A DNA stretch of 64,000 nucleotides from Thalia democratica. Lineage: Eukaryota. The notes under the pieces were generated by a model that was given only the letters and a program-made list of their open reading frames with translations, made no database searches and had not been told where the DNA came from. A program made the position numbers and the translations under genes. Each line of letters opens with the position of its first letter. The first letter of the stretch is position 1. Of this stretch, positions 38,610 to 52,200 are shown in pieces. The stretch covers positions 52,018,001 through 52,082,000 of the forward strand of contig OZ241830.1 in the NCBI GenBank assembly GCA_965202585.1, in the 5' to 3' direction.

Positions 38610-39320
38610 TTGATTCAAATACAACTGAACATAGAAATCTTATTTTTACGTAACTCATATAAGAGAAATCATGAGAAACTTATGCGCGAACCTTTGCAAA
38701 AAATACGCGAATTAGAAGCCGAACCCGATCGCAAGCACGCTGTCAGAATAGCTGCTAGAGAAGCAAAACGCAATCGCGCTAACGCCATACCGAATTATGA
38801 CGTCACAAGTACGGCGTCACGTAATACAGCAAAAAAAAAACCTGATAAGAAACAACGTTCTGACCAACCACGGCTAGCATCACCAAGGCCCGCGTCAATG
38901 GTCAGCGCCAACGAAGCTAGCACCTATACGACCAGCACCAACGATTCGAGCCGTCCTAACCAGCACCACAACGGGCAGTCCCAACGGTCAGCGCCACCGA
39001 AGCCAGCACCTATTCAACCAGCGCCAACGATCAGATCCATCTTAGCCAGCAACACAACGGGCAGTCCCAACGGTCAGCACAACCGCAGCCAGCACCAGAA
39101 CAATAAGAGCCAACGGCCATTTCAGAAATGTCTTCCGTCAAACCGAAAAACGCACGGAAATTATCCTCGTCTACGACCGGAAGCACAGCAGCGACTAAAA
39201 ACACTTCTTCCAACATTACTTCGTCCGGCAAACCGAACAAATCACGAAAAATGGCTTTTTTCTAAACAAAAGCACATCAGCGACTACAAACACTTCTTCC
39301 AGCATTACTTCGTCCGATAA
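38610..39320 (+). pseudogene. Low-complexity ORF remnant inside element B, possibly a gag C-terminus
   Basis: 236-aa S/P/Q/R-rich frame containing internal repeats (ACGGGCAGTCCCAACGGTCAGC x2; ACTTCTTCCA(A/G)CATTACTTCGTCCG x2). No domain was recognised. Confidence 0.35.
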
Positions 39321-41044
39321 ACCGACGAACTCGCAAAAGTTACCCTTTTCTCTAAACAAAAGCACAGCAGCGACGTCACAAAACGACGAAACTAAAATAA
39401 ATGTTAAGTACGATCGCGAAATCTTTACAATAAAACACATTTCTTACTTGAAACGAAAACGATTGCAAATAACAAAAAACTTTTTAATATTAGCATATAG
39501 CAAATTTTTAAGACAAACCGCGAATTAGTTTGGTATATATTTCACAAATGGCTATTTAAAACCTAAAAAACTCTAAACGATATTGCACGTATTTTTTAAA
39601 CTAATCATGAATTATTTTGGTACATTTTTCATCGATGGCGCCTTAAAGATTTTGAAATCTAAAAACTTGTTAGTCAGATAATAAACCGTTGTGAAACTTT
39701 GAGAATAACTTCAAACGCGATTTTTCACCGCTGGAAAATCAAATTAAGATGTTATTGAAACTTTACGGTTAATTAACTCTTAAAACGAAAAGTTAAGACC
39801 ACCAAAAGAGTAGTTTGTTTTTATTTAATTGTAGCAGACAACTAGTCTAAGAAGGTTTCTGAACAAAGCTTAGTACGAAATCGAGTCGCAAGAATTTTAA
39901 AGAGTATTTATAGAGTTTAAACTTTAACTTATTTTTATTTTGAGCTTTTACTAATACTAAAAAAGAATTGCCCAAATTTGTTAAACTTAATTTCAATTTG
40001 TTGTTTAGCAACAGTTTTATGTTAAAACTTTGAACTATAATATTCACAGTTGTACTACAATAACATTAGTAATTGCTATTAAAATGGGATGAAGGTAGTC
40101 TTCCTCTTTTGATTTTAAAGACCGGACAGGATTGAATTTTAGATAAATATAAATGGTAAGAACCATTAAAAAAATCAGTCACAGTCTTATACAACCACTT
40201 TGAAGAGATCTTTCGTTTATTAAAAAACAAACATTTTCAATTCTGTAGAAAACAAAAAAATATACTAGCAACTAGAGAAAGTATATTAAATATTTTTAGC
40301 AAAATTTGAAATAAAACTAAAAACTACCATATTATTATAATACTGAATTTCATACTTTTACTTTAAAATTAATGGAACACTTATATTTGAGATTAGTCAG
40401 TAAAGTTTGATATAATTTTTCAATTTGAGAAACTGAGAAAAAGACACTTTGGAAAATTATTTTTGTTTACTGTAACTAAGAAAAACTATTTCTATAAACA
40501 ACAAACAATTAAAAAAATCCCCTAGTATTTTACTTGATAAAAAATTTTTTTTGATGACATTTTCAATTTTTTATTATTAAAACTATTCCTTAAAAACACT
40601 GTTTAAATTAATTTTTGCCTTAGTTTTTTTAATCCACCATTGTTCTGTGTAGTCTAAATTAGTTCTTATAGGGCTTTCTAAAAACTGGACTGTGTAGGCA
40701 TTTTCTATCTTTTCTGGTATATTGTTTTTGTGAAATTTATTATTATGTATAATTAGAGCGAATTGGTCTTTTATTTAATGTTTTAGTTCAGTTTTATTGT
40801 TTTTCCATATGTTTCTGTGGGCATTCCACCTCTTAGTAAAGCTATTCATAGTCTGTCCAATGTATAAATTTTTGCATATGTTGCATGTAGCTGCATAAAT
40901 TCCATAATTTTTGCAATTTAATTGTTGTTTAATTTTCATATTTGTATTGTTTTGTTATTACTTATCATATGTTTATTATAGTTTCCAAAATTTCCACACA
41001 AAGCACACTTTCCATATTCAGCTGTTTTGTTGTTTTCTGTTTTT

Positions 41045-42132
41045 CAGGGTTGCCACACACTCAGGGAATCTCAGGGAATTTTCAAACTGTAGAAAATCTC
41101 AGGGAAACTCAGGGAATTTTGGCATTTTTCTTTTAACTCAGGGAAACTCAGGGAAGTTTTGATTTTTTCTCTAAATTTCAGGGAAGTTTTTGAAAATCTC
41201 AGGGAAATTTTTTTCTAGATCTAGAATGAGGTTTAGTTAATCCAGTTTCAATATTTTGTTCAAAAGTAGTAATTTTTATTATTTAAGTGGTTATTTTGAA
41301 TTTTTTTAGCCTTGCGGCTAGTTCTTCAATATTCTTAGTATTAACATTGTAGTTTTTTTAAGTTTTAAATTTATATTTACTTAAGTAAAATCAAACAGTT
41401 TAGAGAAATGAAAATTGCTGTTAACTATTCATTGAAAAGTTCTAATAAACTTTTTATTTTTAGTTACTTATGTAGTTTAAAAAACACTATGTTGTACTAT
41501 TAGTTCTTATTTTTTAAATAATAAAGTTATTTGTTATTTGTTTACAACTACTTGTTTTCAGTAAAAAAAATTAAAATGAATACAGATTAGTGTTGTATTA
41601 CTTTTGTTAAAAAAATAGAGGTTAAATTTTTGTTTATAAATAATAATTTCAAAAGTAGTAGCAGTTTTCAGAACAGTTGCTAGGAAAGACATACAAGTCA
41701 TAATGAAGTTATTATGTATGCATTTAAGTGAGTTCTTCATGTGAAATTATTATTATAGTATAATTAAATTTTGTCACTTAAAATGTCAAACAAATTAAAC
41801 TTTATTCTTTTATGTAGAAAGTTAACTAACAAGTTTACACAAAGTTGTGCAAAAATTCAGTTTTTAATTTTTAATTGGTTTAAACCTTTTAAGATTGAGT
41901 TTTTGAAAACAGTTTTTTTCATAAATTTAATGCAGAAGCATACACATACAACCTTCCTTTTATTATTAAAGAAGAAAAATGAGAATGAGGTATTAATAAT
42001 TTGTGTTAGAAGAGAAATTTTTTTTTTTAAGATTTGAAAAATACTCAGGGAAACTCAGAGAATTTTAAGGTTACTCAGGGAAATTTTTGGTCACTCAGGG
42101 AAGATTTTTTGGCTCAAAGAGTGGCAACCCTG
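41045..42132. mobile_element. hAT-type non-autonomous element in the left PLE arm
   Basis: TIR CAGGGTTGCCAC, subterminal CTCAGGGAA repeats, and a 6-bp TSD GTTTTT. Confidence 0.9.
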
Positions 42133-43346
42133 GTTTTTGTAAAATTATTTTTGTTTATTAATATATTTCTCAGTGTTTTTGGTCTCTTATAAGTTAATCT
42201 TAATAATTCTGTACTGTAACATTGTTCATTTTTGTTAAAATTTATAAATTATTTAAAGCTGGTTGCCCAAGTCACTTTTTCACTTTGTTCTGATTTTTTT
42301 ATGTTATTTGTACTAGGATCTTTATTACATACTTCATCTAATTCATTAAAGGTATTATTTATTAATTTTTTACTGAAACTTGATCTACTGCATTTAATTT
42401 TTAAGTTAATTAGTGACTTTTCATAATCTTCTGTTTTTTCATTTAATTTTTTAAGTCTATTAGCTTCTGATAAAATTATTTCTCTAAAAACGTGTGTTAG
42501 ATGGTAAGAATTGCCATTTAAAAATTTTGCTAATTTTGCTGTGGGTTTGGTGTGGTTTACTGTTTTGAATCCGTTTATTTCAGAGCTATTTATAGTATGT
42601 AAAATATCTAAAAATTCCAGTTGTTTTCCTTCTTCTGTATTTGAGATTTTTTTTAATTGTAAATTTAGATCATGAGATTGAAATTTTTTGGTGAGTTCAT
42701 CTTGAATAAAAATAGGTTTATCTGCTGGGCACAAAAAATAATGTCGTCTATATATCTTTTATAAATAAAACACAATTTTAAAAAGTTTAATTTTTTAGTT
42801 ATAAAGTGGAGGGCAATATTTGCCAGTGAGACGCTGAAATTTTCTCCTGTAGGTATCCCTTGGTTATTTTTGTATAGACTATTTTTAAAACTAACATAAT
42901 TGTTTTCTAAGCAGAACATTATTGTTTCTACTATTTGTTTATTTTGTTTACAGTTATAATGAGTACAAACTTTCAGGCAATCTTCAAGGGAGTTTTTTAT
43001 CAGAATTCTTTTGAGGGATGGGTATAGGTTTTTAACATCTGCTGTGATTATATTAATTTCTTCTTTAATTTAATTTTTTTTCCAACTAAATAATTCTTCT
43101 AGGTATTGGTCACTATCTTTGCAATATTCATTAATTTCAGTTTTACAATAGTTTATTGCAATATTTTTAATTAGGTTTTGGAGCATGGTGGTAATTCGAG
43201 ACAAAAAACTGTTGCCTATAGCCCAAATCATTCTTGTAGGTATTTCTCTTATATTTTTTGTTTTCACTTGTTCTGGATTTAATTTATGTGTTTTGAATGT
43301 TGGATATATATGTCCTGGGTTGTCATTTTTGAAATATTTTGCTTGC

Positions 43347-44558
43347 AGAACTTAAAGTAGAAAATTTAAACAAAATTAATGTAATAGATGAAAACATATT
43401 ATTCCACACAATAGGAAAAAAAGTTAACAAAAGTGGAATACTGTCGAAAATTACAGGCCCAAAAGCAAAATATTTCAAAAATGACAATCCAGGACATATA
43501 TATCCAACATTCAAAACACATAAATTAAATCCAGAACAAGTGAAAACAAAAAATATAAGAGAAATACCTACAAGAATGATTTGGGCTATAGGCAACAGTT
43601 TTTTGTCTAGAATTACCACCATGCTCCAAAACCTTATTAAAAATATTGCAATAAACTATTGTAAAACTGAAATTAATGAATATTGCAAAGATAGTGACCA
43701 ATACCTAGAAGAATTATTTAGTTGGAAAAAAAATGAAATTAAAGAAGAAATTAATATAATCACAGCAGATGTTAAAAACCTATACCCATCCCTCAAAAGA
43801 ATTCTGATAAAAAACTCCCTTGAAGATTGCCTGAAAGTTTGTACTCATTATAACTGTGAACAAAATAAACAAATAGTAGAAACAATAATGTTCTGCTTAG
43901 AAAACAATTATGTTAGTTTTAAAAATAGTCTATACAAAAATAACCAAGGGATACCTACAGGAGAAAATTTCAGCGTCTCACTGGCAAATATTGCCCTCCA
44001 CTTTATAACTAAAAAATTAAACTTTTCAAAATTGTGTTTTATTTATAAAAGATATATAGACGACATTATTTTTTGTGCCCAGCAGATAAATCTATTTTTA
44101 TTCAAGATGAACTCACCAAAAAATTTCAATCTCATGATCTAAATTTACAATTAAAAAAAATCTCAAATACAGAAGAAGGAAAACAACTGGAATTTTTAGA
44201 TATTTTACATACTATAAATAGCTCTGAAATAAACGGATTCAAAACAGTAAACCACACCAAACCCACAGCAAAATTAGCAAAATTTTTAAATGGCAATTCT
44301 TACCATCCAACACACGTTTTTAGAGAAATAATTTTATCAGAAGCTAATAGACTTAAAAAATTAAATGAAAAAACAGAAGATTATGAAAAGGCACTAATTA
44401 ACTTAAAAATTAAATGCAGTAGATCAAGTTTCAGTAAAAAATTAATAAATAATACCTTTAATGAATTAGATGAAGTATGTAATAAAGATCCTAGTACAAA
44501 TAACATAAAAAAATCAGAACAAAGTGAAAAAGTGACTTGGGCAACCAGCTTTAAATAA
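43347..44558 (+). pseudogene. PLE reverse transcriptase, frameshifted (mirror copy at 42249-43344 on the minus strand)
   Basis: YPTFKTHK, ADVKNLYPS, NQGIPTGENFSVSLANI, RYIDD and EFLDI. The same frameshift after YIDD is present in both arms. Confidence 0.92.
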
Positions 44559-44674
44559 TTTATAAACTTTAGCAAAAATGAACAATGTTACAGTACAGAA
44601 TTATTAAGATTAACTTATAAGAGACCAAAAACACTGAGAAATATATTAATAAACAAAAATAATTTTACAAAAAC

Positions 44675-46406
44675 CAGGGTTGCCACTCTTTGAGCCAAAA
44701 AATCTTCCCTGAGTGACCAAAAATTTCCCTGAGTAACCTTAAAATTCTCTGAGTTTCCCTGAGTATTTTTCAAATCTTAAAAAAAAAAATTTCTCTTCTA
44801 ACACAAATTATTAATACCTCATTCTCATTTTTATTCTTTAATAATAAAAGGAAGGTTGTATGTGTATGCTTCTGCATTAAATTTATGAAAAAAACTGTTT
44901 TCAAAAACTCAATCTTAAAAGGTTTAAACCAATTAAAAATTAAAAACTGAATTTTTGCACAACTTTGTGTAAACTTGTTAGTTAACTTTCTACATAAAAG
45001 AATAAAGTTTAATTTTTTTGACATTTTAATTGACAAAATTTAATTATACTATAATAATAATTTCACATGAAGAACTCACTTAAATGCATACATAATAACT
45101 TCATTATGACTTGTATGTCTTTCCTAGCAACTGTTCTGAATGCAGTAATAAAAACATAAAAGCTTAACATTATTGTAAAAAAACCTGCAAAAAGAAAGTT
45201 TAAAGAAATAGCTAAAGAAATATCTCATATCAAAGTACAACTAAATACCTAACAACTGATACAAAATAATCTAAAATTATTTTTTTTTTTATGTCTTTTA
45301 GATGTTCATACACAATTTATTTTAAATAACTGAAAACATAATTTTGATTTTAAAACAATTTCACATTACCTAATAAAAAAATCTTAATACTGTTTTTTTA
45401 AGTATGCAATTTCTAAATCAATAACTTTAATTTTATTTTCAAGTTTATTTGCGTTGTCCTTAGCAGCTATTCCTCTTGCTAATAATTCTTTCATTGCTTC
45501 TAAATCAGACTGTTTGTTGGCATCTGCAGTATATTTGTCATAGTCTTCATTTAAACATTTGAGTTGCTTTGTAAGTTTACTTTTTTGTTCTCCTAACTTG
45601 CTCAAAGCATCACCTTTATTTGGAACATTTTTAGCAAAGCGCTGTTGCTCAAGATATGCCAAATATTGGGCCCTAGAACATTTTACAAATTTTAACAATT
45701 CAGAACTTAGTTCAACTGTGCTTGGTTCTAGACTGTTTGCATATAGATGATCTTTGATCATTCTTCGGGACCTTATTGTCATCTCTCCCATATTAGTTGA
45801 TATTACTTCCTTATTTAAGCTAAAGCCCCGTTCAACACTTGCCTGGCCATTGTGAAGCACAAAAACAGCCTCAAGGACTCTTGTTAAATCTTTATACTTG
45901 CTTGGGATATCGAGTGTGTCAAAATAAAAGGTGTCTAAACTGTGACTTTTTTTAAGAAAATTTTCAAAAAGTATTTGAGTGTTAGAAGAACTTAACAAAT
46001 CAATGTATTGAAATAGTTAACAAAAACTTTCATTTCTCTAAACTGTTTGATTTTACTTAAGTAAATATAAATTTAAAACTTAAAAACACTACAATGTTAA
46101 TACTAAGAATATTGAAGAACTAGCCGCAAGGCTAAAAAAAATCAAAATAACCACTTAAATAATAAAAATTACTACTTTTGAACAAAGTATTGAAACTGGT
46201 TTAACTAAACCTCATTCTAGATCTAGAAAAAAATTTCCCTGAGATTTTCAAAAACTTCCCTGAAATTTAGAGAAAAAATCAAAACTTCCCTGAGTTTCCC
46301 TGAGTTAAAAGAAAAATGCCAAAACTCCCTGAGATTCCCTGAGTTTCCCTGAGATTTTCTACAGTTTGAAAATTCCCTGAGATTCCCTGAGTGTGTGGCA
46401 ACCCTG
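44675..46406. mobile_element. hAT-type element in the right PLE arm, carrying a transposase fragment
   Basis: TIR CAGGGTTGCCAC and 6-bp TSD AAAAAC. It sits at the same insertion site as 41045-42132. Confidence 0.9.
45384..45998 (-). pseudogene. hAT-like transposase C-terminal (dimerisation) fragment
   Basis: VFVLHNGQASVERGFSLNKE...IRSRRMIKDHL. Confidence 0.75.
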
Positions 46407-46511
46407 AAAAACAGAAAACAACAAAACAGCTGAATGTGGAAAGTGTGCTTTGTGTGGAAATTTTGGAAACTATAATAAACATATGATAAGTAATAACAAA
46501 ACAATACAAAT

Positions 46512-46868
46512 ATGAAAATTAAACAACAATTAAATTGCAAAAATTATGGAATTTATGCAGCTACATGCAACATATGCAAAAATTTATACATTGGACAGAC
46601 TATGAATAGCTTTACTAAGAGGTGGAATGCCCACAGAAACATATGGAAAAACAATAAAACTGAACTAAACCATGAAATAAAAGACCAATTCGCTCTAATT
46701 ATACATAATAATAAATTTCACAAAAACAATATACCAAAAAAGATAGAAAATGCCTACACAGTCCAGTTTTTAGAAAGCCCTATAAGAACTAATTTAGACT
46801 ACACAGAACAATGGTGGATTAAAAAAACTAAGGCAAAAATTAATTTAAACAGTGTTTTTAAGGAATAG
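46512..46868 (+). pseudogene. PLE GIY-YIG endonuclease (mirror copy at about 40590-40945)
   Basis: NCKNYGIYAATCNICKNLYIGQT..F..RW..HR, preceded by a CGKCALC linker. Confidence 0.92.
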
Positions 46869-48754
46869 TTTTAATAATAATAAATTGAAAATGTCATCAA
46901 AAAAATTTTTTTATCAAGTAAAATACTAGGGGATTTTTTTAATTGTTTGTTGTTTATAGAAATAGTTTTTCTTAGTTACAGTAAACAAAAATAATTTTCC
47001 AAAGTGTCTTTTTCTCAGTTTCTCAAATTGAAAAATTATATCAAACTTTACTGACTAATCTCAAATATAAGTGTTCCATTAATTTTAAAGTAAAAGTATG
47101 AAATTCAGTATTATAATAATATGGTAGTTTTTAGTTTTATTTCAAATTTTGCTAAAAATATTTAATTTACTTTCTCTAGTTGCTAGTATATTTTTTTGTT
47201 TTCTACAGAATTGAAAATGTTTGTTTTTTAATAAACGAAAGATCTCTTCAAAGTGGTTGTATAAGACTGTGACTGATTTTTTTAATGGTTCTTACCATTT
47301 TTTTTTATACTTAGTAATTGCTGGTAACAAACTTTATTATCATCTTTTTTTGTTGTTATACACCTCAGCGTACTTATAAAAACACGTTTTTTATAAGGTC
47401 ATTCGAGCTATTTAAATCTTATCTAGTATTTAAACGTTAACAAACAACTTTGTTTTTAACTTTCCTAGAATATTGAAGTTTTAAAATAAATAAGTACAAA
47501 GTTCACCAGCTATATATTTTACGAAAACAAGTTTAAACTTTTGAAATGCATGTGATTGCTTGTTTTGTCAACTAACTCGTGTTAAATGTGAAATGTTTCT
47601 AATACGCTAAAAGTTTGTGGAAAATACTTCGTTTAAACTGAAGCTATAAATGTTTTTAAGTTTGTTATAAACATACTTGGAAGTACTTGAAAATACTTCA
47701 AAAAGTGTCTTCTTTATATTTTTACTTGTAATTAAATTAATTCAAGTAGTTGCTTACACTCTTTTTGCACTTTCGTACGAAAACGGCTCGAGAATTACAA
47801 GACATCAACGAGTCAGCGGAGGAGACGCAGAGATCTGATGTACCATCAGCGTACGGTGGCCGAGGTGGAGAACAGATGAGGAAACCAAGCATGTACGGGA
47901 GCGTGTACGGGAAACAACGGGGAGCGAGTACTATCAGTGAAGAATTTCTAAAAAATATTTCAGTTTTTTTTTGTCATTCTGTAAATTGTTCAAACTTTTT
48001 AATTCTGCACGTCATCAACGGATTTTGTAGCATTTTAAAAGTAAAGTAATACTTTTTTACAAATAATCAGATAAAAGTCGACGACAATCGGCGGTCATTT
48101 TTCATTTATGCTTTTATATTAGAGGTTGCTTAGTGTTTTTTACAAATTCAAAACTAATTAAAGACAATATTTTTCTTAACCCAAGTGCAAATTCTAAAAT
48201 GGCAAATTAAGTGGAGAGAATGTAACACTTCAACAGTTTTCTTCTCAGTCGAAAGCAGTTTTCTTTCTTTTCTCTCAAACTATTTAAAACACTTAAATTC
48301 AGTAACGTGCTTGTTTTGGTGAGTTAGTTTTTAGCTTCTTAGTTGATAACACGTCTATTTCTTGTAAGTGTTGTGTTCCCGTCGTACACTTGTACGACGG
48401 CGACTGTTTTTTATATAAACTTTTGAATTAAAATAGTTTATTTGTACATTTTGCTATATTTTGTTTAGTCGTTTCTATTTATCGTAATACAGCTTTTTGT
48501 TTCTAAGCCTCGATTTCTTTATATAAGTATTTAAGCATTCTAACAATCGTACTACTTAATTAGGCTAAGCTTAAATGTTAGCATAAGTTAAAATTCGCGT
48601 TTTATAAATCGACTTAGCTAAATAACCTACCTAAGTCATTTCTAAACATTTAAGTAACCGTCACCGATTTTGTTATAACGCTTTAAGTCAGTTAGTATCA
48701 GGTTCGCGTAAATATAAGAAACAATTTTACATCGGTAGATCGATTAAGTCTTCT

Positions 48755-49246
48755 TGTAACACTTTAACAGTGTTTTTCGCAGTCGAAAGTGGCTTTCTTT
48801 CTTTTTCTCTCAAATTTATTTACCTTAAATCAGTAAACACGTTTGTTTTTTGAGTTAGTTTTCAGTGTCTTAGTTGATAACGCTTCTATTTCTTGCAAAG
48901 TGTTGTGTTCCCGTCGTACACTTGTACGATGTCGACTGTTTTTTATATGAACTTTTGAATTAAAGTAGGTTTTTTGTAGAGTTTGCTATATTTTGTTTAG
49001 TCGTATTTCTATTCATTAAAATACACCTTTTTGTTCAGAGACTCAATTTCTATATATAAGTATTTAAGCATTCTAACAATCTTACTACTTAATTAGGCTA
49101 AGCTTAAATGATAGTCTAAGTTACTTAGCTAAACCAATTCTAAACATTTAAGTAACTGTCACCGATATTGTTATAACGCGTTAAGTCAGTTAATCGCTAG
49201 GTCGCATAAAGATAAGTAAGAATTAAAACATCGTGTGACAGGCGCA
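48755..49246 (+). mobile_element. Solo LTR related to element B
   Basis: Diverged homologue of the B LTRs with TG...CA termini. TSD TTCT at 48751-48754 and 49247-49250. Confidence 0.88.
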
Positions 49247-52200
49247 TTCTCTATTCCTAAATGCAAATTCTGATGTGCTGCATTGAAAGCTGGTGGTCTC
49301 AATTGTTATGGTAGTTTTATTCAGATGTTGCCAACTTCTATAACTTCAGCAACATTATCTGGTTGGCAAAACTTAACCTTTTTATTTATCCAATCTTTCA
49401 ATTAGGTCTTGTTCACTTTGTTGTAAAAGGGCAACGGAGCTTCGACGAAGCAAAATTTCGATTTGCACTGATATTATTATTCCTTTTCTATCCTCTCTAA
49501 CTCACCCTCTGAATCTTAGTCCTTGGATTCATAGTCCAATATCTCTTCGTAGTCCGGGTCTGTCTAGTAATGACCCATATACATTGTTGCTAGTTGAAGT
49601 GGTTTACTTAGGGCGTCTGCTACGATGTTCTCTAGTCTCTACGCCTTTAAATTAAATGATTTCAGGGTTATATTTTTTATTCTATAAAGGTAACGCTGCA
49701 CTAGAGGGGTTTGGTTCGTCAGAATGTTATTACAACATTACAAAGGACCAAGTTCTCGGATTCTATTATTGTTTGTCGGCAATAGATCCGGCTGTAAAAA
49801 TATACGATACTCATAAACAACCCCTTATGTTAGGTACAACGTACCCGCTTAGCTTCTTTTCGAATACGAATACGGTTTACTTCTCGTATAGAAGGCAAGG
49901 AGTACCATTTTCTCTTGCTCGCCTTCCTTCTCTAACACTGAGTTTCTGACGTATCGGATAACAATACCACGAGCTTCTTTGAATAATGATTCGACAGAGT
50001 TGCTGCATTAGTTAATGCTACTTTTTTATTCTCAAACGCTTTGATATGGTTGTCATCTAGTTTCAATATCGTCTGGCTCAATTTCTTTAAGCCCCCAGAT
50101 ATCTCGCTCAGAGGTGACATAATCTTAGTTAACTTTGGCACAAAGCGATGGTAATAGTTTACCATCCCGAGGAAACGTCTTAGGTTTTTTGTGTGTTAGC
50201 CATAGGGTTAATCTCAGATAGCTCTTTTGAAGATTGGTCGTCAATTCTGTCCACTCTGATGATAAGGTAAAAAAGTTCTAGCCTAAATTTTGCAAAATGT
50301 CTTTTTGGCATTCAGAAAAAGCCTATTTTTGTTAACATCTTTAATACCTTTTCCACATGGTAAATGTGCTGTTGTTCAAATGAAGAATATATGAGTATGT
50401 CATCAGATAGATATAATTAAGCTTTTGAATTCTCTTAACAGACATTCAATCCTTAATTAGAACTTCGTCGGCGCGTTTTTAAAACCAGAAACGCACCGAT
50501 TCGGAAAAAAGACACCACTATGTACATTTTACATTACCAGCGGCTCATCTTTAAGAGTTAGTTGATAGAGGCAGGCTATAGTACGCCTCTTTCAGGTGTA
50601 GGTCTGTAAAAGATCTTGTGACTCTAAAAATAGTTAAGGAGAGTTCATCGATTCTCGGCTGTAGGATAACAAAGTGGGCACGACGTTGCATTCGACCTGG
50701 TAAAATTGACGCAGACCCGCATAGTACCGTCTTTCTTATGCACACAAGTAATCACACAATAAACAGGGGACGCCTTTTGACTTTCCTATCCTCGCACCAC
50801 AATGCCTCGCTGTAGCAAATCGTTGAAATATTCTTTTATAGCTTCTCTGCAACCTCTCGCTCTTCTCGGTTTGATTTTTACGGCTATGTAGTCGTCGAAC
50901 AAAAGATCTAACTCATGGTTGTGCTTGGGCTTAGTATGGTAAGTTGGCTTTTTAGTGATTTCGGGAAAGTTCAATAATAGTATTTAGCATCTCATTCAAG
51001 AGAGAGGTTATTGTCGTTTGCCAGTTTAATTTTGTTAATCAAGGCGTCTGTTGATGTGGTTAAATCAGCTGCTGAAAACATCTTTGCTGATCTCCTAAAC
51101 CCCATTTTGCACTGTTGGGCGGAGGACGGTAAGATGACTAGTTGGTGTGTTACCAGCATGTCCAAGCCAACAATCCCACAACTTCTTGACTCTTGAGTCA
51201 CCCAAAACAAACGTTTCTAGATTGAAAATCACACTCCCGGATAAATTTTCTCATTACCAAAACATTTTGCTTTGCTTCGAAAATACTTATTCATCTCGTT
51301 TGTCAATTTATTTTGTCAGGACGGAGACCTCTGATCTAGAATTGACAAAAAAAAAACGATTACGTTTGAATTTGAAACGAATAAAAGGTTCTGAGGTAAG
51401 TTTTTTTGGTTTAGTACAGGATATTTCGTCAATTTAAAGGCCCATTTCTGTACTCTCTGTGTATCACTGTTGTCAACCGTATTTATCTTTGCTTCTTCTT
51501 TGTTCTTTATAATGCAATCCTCTCTCGTGCATGACTCTGAAGTATCCTCCCCAGCGAGACCTTCGCCTAATAAAATCACTGTTGTCTCCCTCAGTGCAAC
51601 CTTTGGATACGGCTTTCTTTGGCGGCTCTCCCTCCAAAACACTGTCGTCCCTATTAACTGGACTAATAATTTCTCATTCCTTGGCAAAACGTGTGCACTA
51701 AGAATACCTATGTATCTTTTCAATACAGTCCTCAATTTGGTCCTCACCAACGACTCTCTTGCCTTACAAGTGTGATCATAACTTTTTTTGCTCCCTGATT
51801 CCGCTTTAGACGCGTTCACTGGCGTTGAATTTTTCAATAGACAATATCCTATCTGCTTTGCTGTGGGTATGGTAGGTATAGATGGTTCATTGATTCGATT
51901 TATCATGACGCCATTACTAGCTTTTGCGTCGAGATTTAGCTGTCGGGGGATTGTTTTACTTATAGGTTGGACAGCTTCGGTGTGGGATGAAATGCCTTTA
52001 ACCACTCTCCTACTCTTTGCGTGGAGTTTGGATGTTCATTTTTTGGTTGGTACTATATAAAACCATTGTCTGTACTGCATTTCCCACGATCTGAAAAGTA
52101 ATCAGCTCTACTACCAAATTCTCTATGTTCAAGGCAAATGAGTTGCTGTGGAACTTTCTTATTATTGTTGGTAGCCGGCCGAGGTGGTTGTGTTTAAATT

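Larger units (their letters stand above)
40078..47310. mobile_element. 7.2-kb head-to-head palindromic Naiad-like PLE insertion
   Basis: Inverted arms at 40151-43344 and 43463-47300, a 118-bp centre, and a 73-nt tail on the left arm only. TSD TTAGTAATTGCT at 40066-40077 and 47311-47322. Confidence 0.92.
37205..48747 (+). mobile_element. LTR element B: non-autonomous, decayed gag-like region, no pol seen
   Basis: LTRs at 37205-37726 and 48221-48747. TSD GTCT at 37201-37204 and 48748-48751. PBS TGGTGACCC at 37727 and PPT AAGTGGAGAGAA at 48209-48220. Confidence 0.9.

Noticed and set aside
43347-46868. Selenocysteine-encoding Naiad (in-frame TGA at Cys positions)
   Set aside because: The interruptions seen are frameshifts and a TAA, not TGA at conserved cysteines, and no SECIS was recognised.
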